Positions 1-9,307 of a stretch of DNA of 61,672 bases are shown here, one piece after another. How positions within the stretch are numbered: the stretch's first letter is position 1; every line of letters begins with the position of its first letter. Under the pieces are notes generated by a model. It did not search any database. It saw only the letters and a list, made by a program, of their open reading frames with translations, and was not told the DNA's origin. The stretch comes from a virus. Position numbers and translations under genes: made by a program. The stretch is from the IMG/VR virus record IMGVR_UViG_3300028027_000003; one strand, given 5' to 3'.

Positions 1-126
1 TTCCGATAAGGTCACTTGCAAAAGTAAGTTTAACTGATGCGCTATGAGTTGCATTCTTGTTGCGAATACAGTAGCGGAGAAGTGTGTCCCACGATTCATT
101 TACAAACCTTTCTAAGTCATATTCCC
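1..126. repeat. Exact 126-bp copy of 61547..61672: assembly overlap closing a circular or circularly permuted ~61,546-bp genome
   Basis: Read directly: bases 1-126 (ttccgataaggtcacttgc...ctaagtcatattccc) equal 61547-61672; the repeat lies inside one continuous reading frame. Confidence 0.95.
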
Positions 127-229
127 ACGTTGGATGATGTGCTAATAGTCGAGCACCTTCATTATAAATCTTATCTGAGTTGACTACGACTTTAGCTACT
201 CGTTCAGATAAGTATTGTACTGGATTCAT
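1..229 (-). CDS. N-terminal part of the compact single-subunit RNA polymerase (same gene as 59574..61672, joined through the 126-bp overlap)
   Basis: ATG at 229 (MNPVQYLSERVAKVV...); the frame runs off the window start and is in frame with the sequence upstream of the TTG listed at 61451; joined product about 733 aa. Confidence 0.8.
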   Translation of the reverse strand, partial: MNPVQYLSERVAKVVVNSDKIYNEGARLLAHHPTWEYDLERFVNESWDTLLRYCIRNKNATHSASVKLTFASDLIG

Positions 230-238
230 GTATTCCTT

Positions 239-1843
239 TTATTGAAAGTCTACGAATGTGTTTTGATGTAGACGTCCTGTGTTAGCATCGTATTTAGTAG
301 TACCACAGTCACCTGTAAGACCTGTAAATCGAGACTTCAATACACGAAGACGAATAGTATTACGCATTGCTTCTGTTTCAGCAATCATATTACGAGCAAA
401 AGCAATAATATCAAATGAAATCTGTTTAATAGAACCAGAACCTTTGATGTCATCAATAGTAGGTAGGTTACCTTCTTCAAAAGGCTTTTCACCTTTACGC
501 AAGTGAGATACAACACCTAACCATACATTATGTTTCTTAGCAATCTTTAATAGGTCAGACATAACAGAGTCAACTGCTTCATTACCTGTCTTACCTTTAG
601 CACCTTCAGATACAGCAATAGTGATGTGATCAAGAATAATATATTTACAACCCATTAATGCTAGGTGTTCCATCTTATCAATGAGTGACTCATCACTTAC
701 AGAGCCTTGATGATCTAGAAGGATTAATCGTTCATCACCAAAGACCTTTTGAAATGCTTCATATTGTTCTTGTTCAGATACAACATCTAAGTTAAGGTTC
801 TTTTGTAGTTGCATACTAATAAACTTCTGAGCGGTATCACCTACTGATTCTTCAAGAGATACCATACCAACCATATCAGTTGTTTTATTTAGTACTTCAA
901 ATACAATTTCTTTAATTACAGTTGATTTACCTGAGCCAGTACCCGAAGTAAACAATACAATTTCACCTTGACGCATACCATATAGCTTATCATTTAAACC
1001 ATCTAGGCATTGAGGATAAGGAACAGATACAGTAGATTGCCTACGTTGATATTGTTCCCAGATTTCTTCACCCTTAACTACACCTGCTGGGCTATATGTA
1101 CGTGCATTAAAGATACACTTCATTAACTCATCCGATCCATGTTTAATTAATACATCACATGGGTCTTTCTCAGGTAACTCAGCTACTTTAATCTTATCAT
1201 AGCCAATAATTTTAGCTGCTTGTTGAGTAGCTTTACGACCAGGTTCATCCATATCAAACATGAGTACTACTTCATCAAAGCTCCGTAAGTACTCACGTTG
1301 ATTAAGGATTAACGCCATTGCCGAGGCCGAAGGGATTGCAACTGACGGGTAGAATTTAGAATATTTATTGTGTTGGGCCTGTGCCACTGCAAGCGCATCC
1401 AGTTCGCCTTCAGTAATAATAATACGTTTACCACCTGTGGAAACATTCTGGCCAAACAATTCAGTGTCTTTAAAGTCACCATGAATAAGGAATGTCTTAG
1501 GTAGTTTACGTTCTTTATAGGCAACAACGACACCGCCTTTAGTATATGGATAGAAGTGGCTACTAATAGTTCCATCTTCAGCATACGATACCTTAACTCC
1601 ATAGTGAGATGCAACCACTTTTGTGATAGCTCTTTCTTGAAAACCTCTAGTGTCATAGTCTTTGATTTCCTCTAGTGTGTGCATATTGTAATTCTCTTTG
1701 TGATATACAGTTGGTTTAAAGTTAGGGTCTATAGGTGAAGACTTTTGACAGCTAAAACAAAAGCCAAAGTCATCATTTTCTTTGTAGCTAAATGCATCTG
1801 ATGATGAACATTTAGGGCATGGTGCATGTACCCATCTACTCAT
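239..1843 (-). CDS. Bifunctional DNA primase/helicase (T7 gp4-like)
   Basis: N-terminal Cys4 zinc finger CPKC..CFSC, TOPRIM-like ITEGELDALAV and FDMDEPG, Walker A GTGSGKST, Walker B IILDHI. Confidence 0.9.
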   Translation of the reverse strand: MSRWVHAPCPKCSSSDAFSYKENDDFGFCFSCQKSSPIDPNFKPTVYHKENYNMHTLEEIKDYDTRGFQERAITKVVASHYGVKVSYAEDGTISSHFYPYTKGGVVVAYKERKLPKTFLIHGDFKDTELFGQNVSTGGKRIIITEGELDALAVAQAQHNKYSKFYPSVAIPSASAMALILNQREYLRSFDEVVLMFDMDEPGRKATQQAAKIIGYDKIKVAELPEKDPCDVLIKHGSDELMKCIFNARTYSPAGVVKGEEIWEQYQRRQSTVSVPYPQCLDGLNDKLYGMRQGEIVLFTSGTGSGKSTVIKEIVFEVLNKTTDMVGMVSLEESVGDTAQKFISMQLQKNLNLDVVSEQEQYEAFQKVFGDERLILLDHQGSVSDESLIDKMEHLALMGCKYIILDHITIAVSEGAKGKTGNEAVDSVMSDLLKIAKKHNVWLGVVSHLRKGEKPFEEGNLPTIDDIKGSGSIKQISFDIIAFARNMIAETEAMRNTIRLRVLKSRFTGLTGDCGTTKYDANTGRLHQNTFVDFQ

Positions 1844-1988
1844 AGTCTCTTTCTTCTTTAAGTTCTCGGATAAACTTACGGCGTTCCTTAGCTTCTTTTT
1901 GTGTAGATTTCTTTTTATGAAATTGATTCTTGAAATCTTCTTTAAGGCTAATGTATTCTTTTAGAGGTTCAGGTTTTTTATTCTTCAT
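1836..1988 (-). CDS. Small Lys-rich hypothetical protein (50 aa, below ORF-track cutoff)
   Basis: Hand translation MKNKKPEPLKEYISLKEDFKNQFHKKK...; ATGA overlap with upstream stop at 1985 and overlap with the primase start. Confidence 0.35.
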   Translation of the reverse strand: MKNKKPEPLKEYISLKEDFKNQFHKKKSTQKEAKERRKFIRELKEERDYE

Positions 1989-2425
1989 AGCTTTGGTTTA
2001 AGAAATTTTACTGCCCCAATGTTCCCATTGTAGTAAAGGCGCTCTCCATCAGGTGTTTCAGCTCTCGAAAGAACTTCACATTCCCACTGCTCTTGGACTT
2101 CCCTATACGTAAGCATTCCTTTTCCGAATACCCACTCGTAGATAACAAAAGTAAATGAATTAAATCCGTAGTACTCAATATCATCAAGGAGTTCTCTGCA
2201 CGAGGATTTATAATCTCTCCAATCACTTTCTCTTCGAGTGATGGTTCTTCGTTTAGATCCAGGTAGTAGTCGTTTTGATTCACTTATTAATTGCTTTCTT
2301 CCAATGTATCGTCTTCCTGTTTGGAGGTTTTCGATATAGTAGATGAATCCAAAGGCTCCGTCTGGTCTGTCTGTGAGGGGGTGCCAATGTCCGTATGACT
2401 CAGCACTGAGGCATTGCTGTTCCAT
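1985..2425 (-). CDS. GIY-YIG family endonuclease (free-standing homing-endonuclease-like)
   Basis: GFIYYIENLQTGRRYIGRK matches the GIY-x10-YIG signature; locally higher GC; overlaps the 3' end of the FEN ORF by about 139 nt. Confidence 0.7.
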   Translation of the reverse strand: MEQQCLSAESYGHWHPLTDRPDGAFGFIYYIENLQTGRRYIGRKQLISESKRLLPGSKRRTITRRESDWRDYKSSCRELLDDIEYYGFNSFTFVIYEWVFGKGMLTYREVQEQWECEVLSRAETPDGERLYYNGNIGAVKFLKPKL

Positions 2426-3165
2426 GTTAATCTTTCTTTGAGTTCTTCAAAAGTTAGGGGACGCAAGTCTGATTCAAATTCCCTAATGTAAATACAGTTA
2501 GCGCATCTCACAAAGTTATTATACCACAAGTCACCTTGTTTTGCTTTCCAGATTTCAATAACCTTATTCCACAGTTGGGTATTAGGTGTATCTTTAATTA
2601 GCTTTTCAGCTGTCTTAGTTCCTACACCACGTAACCCTTGGATGTTATCTGTAGCATCTCCTGTCAGGATTTGAGTCATCAAGAAACGATAAGCCTCTGC
2701 GTCATCCATGAAGTATATTTCACCTGTTCTAAAGTTATGATGCCATCCAGGAATAGCATTCAAGTCTTTATCAATGTGAGATACAATATACAACTGACCT
2801 TCATCAAGAGCTTTCTTAGCGGTAATACCACATAGATCATCTGCTTCACCGTTGTCACTAAGAACACAGAAGTCTTTAGCGTATTCATATAGCATATCAA
2901 TACGATCTTTTACTTCAGGTTCAATAGTGTCTTTACGGTTTCCCTTGTAAGCAATATCAACTTCATATCTAAAGTTGTTAGCACCCTTAATAAACACCAC
3001 TCCATTAGAAGCATTTACGTTCTCCATAATCTCTTTTAGTTTATTATCGAGTGCTTTCTTACATTTAGCTGGAGATGGTTCAACGAAAGCAATCTGATAC
3101 ATGATACTATCTGCATCTATGATTGCCAGATTAAACTGAATATCATTATCAGTGTACTTCTGCAT
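2287..3165 (-). CDS. 5'-3' exonuclease / flap endonuclease (Pol I 5'-nuclease / T4 RNase H family)
   Basis: IIDADSIMYQ acidic site and H3TH-like LTGDATDNIQGLRGVGTKTAEKLI; the ORF track extends to 3240 but ATG at 3165 (MQKYTDND) avoids a long overlap with the polymerase. Confidence 0.85.
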   Translation of the reverse strand: MQKYTDNDIQFNLAIIDADSIMYQIAFVEPSPAKCKKALDNKLKEIMENVNASNGVVFIKGANNFRYEVDIAYKGNRKDTIEPEVKDRIDMLYEYAKDFCVLSDNGEADDLCGITAKKALDEGQLYIVSHIDKDLNAIPGWHHNFRTGEIYFMDDAEAYRFLMTQILTGDATDNIQGLRGVGTKTAEKLIKDTPNTQLWNKVIEIWKAKQGDLWYNNFVRCANCIYIREFESDLRPLTFEELKERLTWNSNASVLSHTDIGTPSQTDQTEPLDSSTISKTSKQEDDTLEESN

Positions 3166-5008
3166 ATGTCTTTCCAATGTGAGCATCACCGCCCATACAA
3201 TTAATGCCAAACCATTTAGGCGCTTCAGTGAATGCTTCAATGGCTAACTCTTTAACTTCTTCTGCGTATTCATCTTTAACTACAACAGCTAGTTCATCAT
3301 GATAATGAATAGAGAAGTAGAATTGTATACCACGCTCTTGTAGCTTACGTTTAAGATAAACAATAGCTGCTTTACAAGTAACACCTTCAGCTGTCTGTAG
3401 TAGGTAGTTTAATACTTGATGACCAGAGCTAACAAAGATTAATCTACCATCAATACCACGGATGAAAGCTTTATCCTTACCAAACGCATTAGATGTTCTT
3501 TCAAACATACCATTGAGTTTGTCTTTAAGTTCTTTTAATCCTGGAATAGCACTTTCAAACTTATCTTGAGAGGCTTTACCAATGACAGCATCACGTTTAC
3601 CTGTAAGAATTAAACCAGATTTACCTGCACCTGCACCAAACAGATATGCGTATAGCCATGGTTTAGCTGTCTTACGAGAGCAAGGATAGATGGTACTTAG
3701 AATGTTAGCATTCTTTGTATGGACATCTCCATTAATTACTTCATTAGTGAATTCGTCATTACCAATATAATGGCATAAACCACGCATCTGGTTACCAGCA
3801 GAATCGGCTCCAACGATTGAGGTACCAGATTCGCATATGAGAAGACTTCGCATCTCTTTTCCGTATACTGAATCCACACTAGGCAGATTAGCAACAAGCT
3901 CATGCCTACAACGGAAAGTTGGTGTACCAATAGTCCACATACGACCATGAAGACGATTATCACGGGATCCTTTAACAGCTTCAATCCAACCCTCCAAGAT
4001 ACCTTTCCTTGATCTGATTGTATAGTATTCACTAACCAGCATAGCATCAGGGCCAAGCCGTTCAAGAGATGACTCGGTAATCTTAGGACTTTTATTAACA
4101 AACTTCCCATTGATTTTCTCCACATTCCATTCATCAGGTACCCAGCCAAGACTATACAACCAGTCTTTAACTACTTCAATACTACCTACTTTGCCTTGTT
4201 CAAAAGCAATACGACAATATGCACCATCAATAGGTCTATCTTCTTTACCTGACTCTTGTGTATATCCAAAATGTTTTACTGTTGCTACAGTATAGCATCC
4301 ATCCTTACGCCATGCAGGTTCTTTATACTCATCTGCTTTATCCATCTTTAAACAACGCATACCAATTCGAGGCTCAAGTACAGCTTCAATAGCATCAAGC
4401 TTATTATTGATCTGCATCAATAGCGTTTGAGCAGCAGCCATATCAAACATCCAACCTTTTTGTTGTATCTCTGATTCAATCTGAGCAAATTCCATCTCAA
4501 CATCCATACCTGTTTTGTACATAGGATGTTTGTTGATGATCTTAGTTGCTTCTTCTGTAAGTACCTTATAAACCTTTACATTAAGCTCTACATCTCGGAT
4601 ACAATATGTAAGCATTTCTTTACTGTATTTATCAAAGGTATTGAATTCTAATTTAGGAAACCCTAATTTAGAACCCCATCCTTCAAGACCATGCTTATGA
4701 TCTCGTTTATATTGATTAAGCTGAGACAATACCCAGGTATCAATTACCTTGGTGGTACTAGCAGGAGTCCATCCAGTGATATATTTGAGTACAGTAAAAT
4801 CATAGCCAATAATGTTGTGACCGTAAATAATGTCAGCAGTTTTAAGAAACTCAAGACCTTCTTGTAGAGATGGCAGTTCATTATCATAATCAGAAAAAGA
4901 ATAAATAGTTCCAGTATCAGAATCAATAGCTACCATTAGCCAAATAGTATCTACATTAGGCATAAGCCCGTTTGTTTCTATGTCTACACATAGCCTTAAT
5001 TTTTTCAT
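3149..5008 (-). CDS. Family A DNA polymerase with 3'-5' exonuclease domain (T7 gp5-like)
   Basis: ExoI CVDIETNGL, ExoII HNIIGYDFTVL, motif A GADSAGNQMRGL, motif B RKTAKPWLYAYLFGAG, motif C HYHDELAV. Confidence 0.9.
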   Translation of the reverse strand: MKKLRLCVDIETNGLMPNVDTIWLMVAIDSDTGTIYSFSDYDNELPSLQEGLEFLKTADIIYGHNIIGYDFTVLKYITGWTPASTTKVIDTWVLSQLNQYKRDHKHGLEGWGSKLGFPKLEFNTFDKYSKEMLTYCIRDVELNVKVYKVLTEEATKIINKHPMYKTGMDVEMEFAQIESEIQQKGWMFDMAAAQTLLMQINNKLDAIEAVLEPRIGMRCLKMDKADEYKEPAWRKDGCYTVATVKHFGYTQESGKEDRPIDGAYCRIAFEQGKVGSIEVVKDWLYSLGWVPDEWNVEKINGKFVNKSPKITESSLERLGPDAMLVSEYYTIRSRKGILEGWIEAVKGSRDNRLHGRMWTIGTPTFRCRHELVANLPSVDSVYGKEMRSLLICESGTSIVGADSAGNQMRGLCHYIGNDEFTNEVINGDVHTKNANILSTIYPCSRKTAKPWLYAYLFGAGAGKSGLILTGKRDAVIGKASQDKFESAIPGLKELKDKLNGMFERTSNAFGKDKAFIRGIDGRLIFVSSGHQVLNYLLQTAEGVTCKAAIVYLKRKLQERGIQFYFSIHYHDELAVVVKDEYAEEVKELAIEAFTEAPKWFGINCMGGDAHIGKTYAEVH

Positions 5009-5490
5009 AGTAATCTATATCCATAATAAGTAGCGTATGGGGCTTCTAAAACCCTTGCTTCTATTTCTTCAGGATCAAAGAAGTATTTTTCTTGTTCATC
5101 TTTTTTGTTAACAGTATGATTAGGAATTTTAAATCCTTTTCTTCCTGTTACGTATTGGCATACATGAACAATCTCATGACATAGTACATGTATAAACATT
5201 AACATAGCGTATTCACTATACTCTTCTCCAGCAAGGAATGGGTCTTTAACTTGAACTAAGATTCTGTTTTCAAAATCATTAAACAATGTAAGACCTAACT
5301 CATTACCATCAGGTGGATAGTCTACTGCGCATATGCTTACTTTTAAAGGTACTTTAATAACAGGTAGATTAAACCTTATTACGTAATCCATAAGACAATC
5401 CCAAAATAGTTTACCTATTTCCTTTTCACAGTCAGGTAAGCAAGCTACTTCTAGTGTAATACCTGGGAATAATTTATTTTTCACGTTCAA
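5005..5490 (-). CDS. Hypothetical protein with HExxH zinc-metallopeptidase motif
   Basis: Single LCHEIVHVCQY motif; no further family recognised. Confidence 0.45.
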   Translation of the reverse strand: MNVKNKLFPGITLEVACLPDCEKEIGKLFWDCLMDYVIRFNLPVIKVPLKVSICAVDYPPDGNELGLTLFNDFENRILVQVKDPFLAGEEYSEYAMLMFIHVLCHEIVHVCQYVTGRKGFKIPNHTVNKKDEQEKYFFDPEEIEARVLEAPYATYYGYRLL

Positions 5491-5659
5491 CTACCTTTAC
5501 GTTAGGAGAACCTAACTCTTGTAGTTCTTCAGCCATACCTAAAACGAGGTCATTATACGAATTAATTTGTTCTTCTAGCTCTTGAATACGATTACTCATT
5601 ATCCAATTATATACACCCAGAATTATAATTAATCCTGACAGCAATAAAATATCTACCAT
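5474..5659 (-). CDS. Small membrane protein
   Basis: N-terminal hydrophobic helix ILLLSGLIIILGVYNWI; tiled with neighbours. Confidence 0.5.
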   Translation of the reverse strand: MVDILLLSGLIIILGVYNWIMSNRIQELEEQINSYNDLVLGMAEELQELGSPNVKVVEREK

Positions 5660-6120
5660 TGTAGTCCTGTTCTAGCCAACCATTCTTTAGAGGCTAATTT
5701 AGTTGTTGAGTATTCTTCATTGACTAAAACGTTATTAGCTTTTAAGAATTCAATACCATCTTTACATTTATATTCATCAATATAAACTAATCGTTTGATA
5801 CCTACTTCACTAATAAGCTTTGCACAATCAATACAAGGGCTAAGGGTACAGTAGATAGTAGCATTATCACTAGATAAGGTTGACTTAGCCAACTTAGCAA
5901 TAGCTTGAGCTTCAGCATGTAAAACCATTGATTTAGTTTTACCATCATCTGTTTGAGTTTCATTGTCCCATCCTCTAGGTGTTCCATTATAAGAGAAAGA
6001 AATGATGTTATCATTCTTTACAATGACAGCACCTACTTTACGATCTTTAGCATAGCTTTGTTGCGCTACTAACTGGGCTACCTTCAGATAAAACTGATCC
6101 CAATCTGTCTGGGTTTTCAT
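5653..6120 (-). CDS. dCMP deaminase (ComEB/Cd-like zinc deaminase)
   Basis: HAEAQAI and PCIDCAKLI zinc-binding/catalytic motifs; ~155 aa size typical of the family. Confidence 0.85.
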   Translation of the reverse strand: MKTQTDWDQFYLKVAQLVAQQSYAKDRKVGAVIVKNDNIISFSYNGTPRGWDNETQTDDGKTKSMVLHAEAQAIAKLAKSTLSSDNATIYCTLSPCIDCAKLISEVGIKRLVYIDEYKCKDGIEFLKANNVLVNEEYSTTKLASKEWLARTGLQW

Positions 6121-6265
6121 ATTGTATTACTAGCTCCTGTAGTTTTTTACATACTTCAGTTAGATGCCATAGCTCTGTTTGATCTTTAGGCGGTCTAACC
6201 ATAAACAAAATAGTTACAATATCACCATGGTCTTCAATTAGCATATTGCTTATCCCATAGATCAT
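6047..6265 (-). CDS. Doubtful small ORF bridging the MazG-like and deaminase genes
   Basis: ORF track only; overlaps the deaminase N-terminus by 74 nt; would otherwise leave a 113-nt gap. Confidence 0.25.
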   Translation of the reverse strand: MIYGISNMLIEDHGDIVTILFMVRPPKDQTELWHLTEVCKKLQELVIQYENPDRLGSVLSEGSPVSSATKLC

Positions 6266-6509
6266 AGTTTTTATATTTCTTTTCGTATGCTTCTGTTACC
6301 TTTTCTCTGTCTAACTTCCAATCATTAGCCATTAGTTGCATCATAGCTAATAGCTGACCAACTTCTTCTTCAAGATGAGCCTTGTTAGTTATGTTTGTAA
6401 CAGGAGACATATGATCTATACCAAAACGAAGTGCTTTAGATATAGCTTGAATCACTTCAGCACATTCTTCTTGTGTGATACGTGCGATTAAATTATTCTT
6501 CAATGACAT
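6234..6509 (-). CDS. MazG-like all-alpha NTP pyrophosphohydrolase
   Basis: ITQEECAEVIQAISKALRFG and HLEEEVGQLLAMMQLM resemble the EExxE/helix pattern of MazG-type enzymes; likely start MSLKNN at 6509. Confidence 0.55.
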   Translation of the reverse strand: MSLKNNLIARITQEECAEVIQAISKALRFGIDHMSPVTNITNKAHLEEEVGQLLAMMQLMANDWKLDREKVTEAYEKKYKNYDLWDKQYAN

Positions 6510-6642
6510 CGATTTCCACCACGTTATATGTTTCGTTAGTATTAAGGGTTTCACCTATCATATAATCAATAGCATTTCGAATTGTATCTTCTTCGTGTTC
6601 ACCATCAAACTCGATGACAACTGTTGCGATTGTTTTTTTCAT
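6493..6642 (-). CDS. Small acidic hypothetical protein (49 aa, below cutoff)
   Basis: Hand translation MKKTIATVVIEFDGEHEEDTIRNAIDYMIGE...; first ORF downstream of the promoter at 6651-6672. Confidence 0.4.
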   Translation of the reverse strand: MKKTIATVVIEFDGEHEEDTIRNAIDYMIGETLNTNETYNVVEIDVIEE

Positions 6643-6650
6643 TTTGCACA

Positions 6651-6672
6651 CTCCTATTAGGGGACAACTGCG
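6651..6672 (-). promoter_or_regulatory. Phage RNAP promoter candidate (CCCCTAATAG family)
   Basis: Minus strand reads CGCAGTTGTCCCCTAATAGGAG; intergenic between 6675..6932 and 6493..6642. Confidence 0.65.
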
Positions 6673-6674
6673 GT

Positions 6675-6932
6675 TTAAGGTTGAAACTCTTCAGCATCAA
6701 TATAGTTACGGCTACTTAATTCCCTGATGACTTCTCCTGGTAATTCATACACACCATCATAGTCAATCAAGAACATACATTCATCAAACCACAAACCACC
6801 AGCACAATCTTCTCCTAGTAGTTTGTGTTCAAAGAATCCATATTTAGCATCAAGATCAATACAGATTTGGAAGTTGCGTGTATCGATTGTTTGATTATAG
6901 TTAAAAGTTTTGAAACACTCTTGTGTAGACAT
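6675..6932 (-). CDS. Hypothetical protein
   Basis: ORF track; same-strand tiling; no family recognised. Confidence 0.55.
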   Translation of the reverse strand: MSTQECFKTFNYNQTIDTRNFQICIDLDAKYGFFEHKLLGEDCAGGLWFDECMFLIDYDGVYELPGEVIRELSSRNYIDAEEFQP

Positions 6933-6933
6933 G

Positions 6934-7539
6934 TTAATCTTTCCTTAGGTTGTTACTCAAATTATAAAACAATTCTGACTTAGAAGCTTTAAGCTGTAAC
7001 AATAGCATTGTCTCTAACTCATGCATCTCTTGATCAGTACCATACGCTAAGATTGTTCTGATGAACCGTGAGGGACAATCATTGTATTCCTCAAGCATCG
7101 ATTCAGAACTGCAGACATATCCATCATCTGTTGTTCCCTTGTGCTTTCCAATGTACTTTCTATCGGTGTCTTTATTGACCCAAAGATACACAAATGACTC
7201 ACCGCTTGGGCTGTAAGCGTCAGATTCACTGGACACCTCTCCATCATTTACTCCATTAAGATGATTCTGCCATAGTTCCTTCAGATATGCCAACATAGGC
7301 TTACCCTTAGGTGCTCTCCACATGACCACAAAGGATGGTGATCCTTCATTTTCGCATAGATACTCATAGACCCATTTGTTATATAATCCTGAGTATTCTA
7401 CTTCATTAACCTTAATACGAATCATGGATTTACCTGAGTCAGATGTATAAGACTCAACCTCATCAACAGTACATTCGTAGATATCAAAGTATTTATCAGT
7501 ACCTGTAACAAACTTCTTAATTGTCTTTATTAAGTTCAT
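6934..7539 (-). CDS. Protein with C-terminal GIY-YIG-like nuclease domain
   Basis: FVYLWVNKDTDRKYIGKHKG...DDGYVCSS matches a GIY-YIG/Seg-like signature in the C-terminal half. Confidence 0.55.
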   Translation of the reverse strand: MNLIKTIKKFVTGTDKYFDIYECTVDEVESYTSDSGKSMIRIKVNEVEYSGLYNKWVYEYLCENEGSPSFVVMWRAPKGKPMLAYLKELWQNHLNGVNDGEVSSESDAYSPSGESFVYLWVNKDTDRKYIGKHKGTTDDGYVCSSESMLEEYNDCPSRFIRTILAYGTDQEMHELETMLLLQLKASKSELFYNLSNNLRKD

Positions 7540-7726
7540 TTAGTTTCCATTTGATAGCATCATGCCACATACCTAATGCGTCCATTATAGATGTGTATTC
7601 ATATGAGTAATTAAAATTCTCATCTGATTCATATCGAGCAACAAACTCTGCTACAATACTATCATTATGGTGAGCAACATTATTACTATATGCTTTTACA
7701 AAAGCTTTTTGTTCATCAATATTCAT
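7517..7726 (-). CDS. Hypothetical protein
   Basis: ORF track; tiled. Confidence 0.5.
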   Translation of the reverse strand: MNIDEQKAFVKAYSNNVAHHNDSIVAEFVARYESDENFNYSYEYTSIMDALGMWHDAIKWKLNELNKDN

Positions 7727-7866
7727 TTTGCTAACATATATAAGCCTACGTTACCGAAGGCATATCCAAAGTAACAGATAGACATTCCTATATTACCTTT
7801 AACACCTTGCTCGATAGCAATGTAAAGGTATATAAGCCCTACAAGGATAATAAGCCAGCTACTCAT
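7723..7866 (-). CDS. Small membrane protein (47 aa, below cutoff)
   Basis: Hand translation MSSWLIILVGLIYLYIAIEQG...; ATGA overlaps at both ends. Confidence 0.45.
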   Translation of the reverse strand: MSSWLIILVGLIYLYIAIEQGVKGNIGMSICYFGYAFGNVGLYMLAK

Positions 7867-8030
7867 TTGCTTTTAACACACTCATGTGAGTTACCTTGTT
7901 GTTTAGTTTCAAAGAATTTTTTGCAGTTAATGCACTCATATAGTTTTGATTGGACTATATAAGTGCTTCTATCTCCATGCAAACCACGTAGTCTACCAAA
8001 GAAAGTATTAATTTCCTTTAGGTAACTCAT
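7863..8030 (-). CDS. Small Cys/His zinc-finger-like protein (55 aa, below cutoff)
   Basis: Hand translation MSYLKEINTFFGRLRG...YECINCKKFFETKQQGNSHECV. Confidence 0.45.
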   Translation of the reverse strand: MSYLKEINTFFGRLRGLHGDRSTYIVQSKLYECINCKKFFETKQQGNSHECVKSK

Positions 8031-8154
8031 TAACAAATTCTTTAATTAACCTTTGAAGAGCAAATTCAACTAATTGTTTTGTTTCTTCAGGAGTAATATC
8101 AAATTGAACTGTGGCACTACCATCTTCATGTTCTTTAACTTCAATTACTTTCAT
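8008..8154 (-). CDS. Small hypothetical protein (48 aa, below cutoff)
   Basis: Hand translation MKVIEVKEHEDGSATVQFDITPEETKQLVEF...; TAATG overlap with the upstream stop. Confidence 0.4.
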   Translation of the reverse strand: MKVIEVKEHEDGSATVQFDITPEETKQLVEFALQRLIKEFVNELPKGN

Positions 8155-8387
8155 TATGATTCCTTATGTACATGTTCGTCAATACTATAGATAGAATAAA
8201 AGTCATGAACTCTTTTAAAAGATTTTAAAAGTTTCTTGACTGCTTTACGATCTTTTTTAATTCCTATATGATATAAACTTTGATGTTCGTTGTTATCATA
8301 TTTCTTTTTAAAAGACCAATAATTATCTTTTAAACTTTGAGCTACTGCTTCTGCAAAAATTTCATTATCAAGAATTTCTATTTTCAT
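8154..8387 (-). CDS. Hypothetical protein
   Basis: ORF track; tiled. Confidence 0.5.
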   Translation of the reverse strand: MKIEILDNEIFAEAVAQSLKDNYWSFKKKYDNNEHQSLYHIGIKKDRKAVKKLLKSFKRVHDFYSIYSIDEHVHKES

Positions 8388-8824
8388 AGCACAATACCTT
8401 CTTTTTTGTATTTAATAAGAGCATTTAAGTACCATAAAGCTTTTTCTAACTCTTGTACTTCTTCATCTTTATTACCACAACGCATTAGGTATTTGTATAC
8501 TTGACCAAATAAATGAGCTTCTACACCTGACTTACCATCAAGCATATCAACCATTAACTCCATGTATTGCTTACCTGCAGCTACATTTTTGTAGTGCTTA
8601 GGGTTAATGATTGCATCTAAGTTTTGTTGTCCAGAGAACTTAGCATCTAGCATAGCTTCTTTAGCTTTGGCTTCATCATAATCGATTTCTTTGTTATAAG
8701 CTTTAGCAAAGCTACTAGGCCACAATTGCTTTTTAGACCATTCATCATAGAAGTCTGATTTGTAGGAGTCATCACGAGGGTCTTTTGTTTTAGACCATAG
8801 AGCATTATCGTCATCAATGTTCAT
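8384..8824 (-). CDS. Hypothetical protein, possibly DUF3310-like
   Basis: INPKHYK and VYKYLMRCGNKD resemble, from memory, the NPxHY / KYLxR pattern of that phage family. Confidence 0.55.
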   Translation of the reverse strand: MNIDDDNALWSKTKDPRDDSYKSDFYDEWSKKQLWPSSFAKAYNKEIDYDEAKAKEAMLDAKFSGQQNLDAIINPKHYKNVAAGKQYMELMVDMLDGKSGVEAHLFGQVYKYLMRCGNKDEEVQELEKALWYLNALIKYKKEGIVL

Positions 8825-9056
8825 TTTGTTCCTTAAATGGTATGTAAATAGTGTTTAATGTTTCAAAACTACCATCATCAAATTTATATTTTATTAATGA
8901 TGTACGTACTTTATCTTCATCCCATATAGGATGATTAAGGGCATTTACATAAGCAATTTCACCTGTTAAGTTTTGATTAGTATTCCAATCAAAGTATTCT
9001 ATTATTTTGAATACAGGTTTATTAATAAAATGTACTTTAGGCTTTTGCGTAGACAT
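8814..9056 (-). CDS. Hypothetical protein
   Basis: ORF track; tiled. Confidence 0.5.
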   Translation of the reverse strand: MSTQKPKVHFINKPVFKIIEYFDWNTNQNLTGEIAYVNALNHPIWDEDKVRTSLIKYKFDDGSFETLNTIYIPFKEQNEH

Positions 9057-9306
9057 CCCCGTTCTCTTTCATTTTAAGATCTTCATATGGTGCAGCAATA
9101 CGGCGATACAACTCTAATTTAGCGCCTTCTAATGCACCCATGCAGTCATTAATGTTTTGATAACTTTTACCGTTTGATAATAGGTATTCATTAATAATGC
9201 GTGTGAATAGATAATTCATTTCACCTGCATTACTTGTACCTACATTAGAGATAGTATCAGTAATGTATTCTAAACGATCACGATCAATACTATGGATATA
9301 TGGCAT
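9037..9306 (-). CDS. Hypothetical protein
   Basis: ORF track (to 9339); [11 protein letters not shown] at 9306 sits just after the upstream stop. Confidence 0.5.
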   Translation of the reverse strand: MPYIHSIDRDRLEYITDTISNVGTSNAGEMNYLFTRIINEYLLSNGKSYQNINDCMGALEGAKLELYRRIAAPYEDLKMKENGDVYAKA

Positions 9307-9307
9307 A

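Noticed and set aside
1-126. Terminal 126-bp repeat as a biological direct terminal repeat
   Set aside because: It bisects an essential gene in frame and coincides exactly with the window ends. An assembly overlap is the simpler explanation. True termini are more likely near 18.0-18.6 kb.
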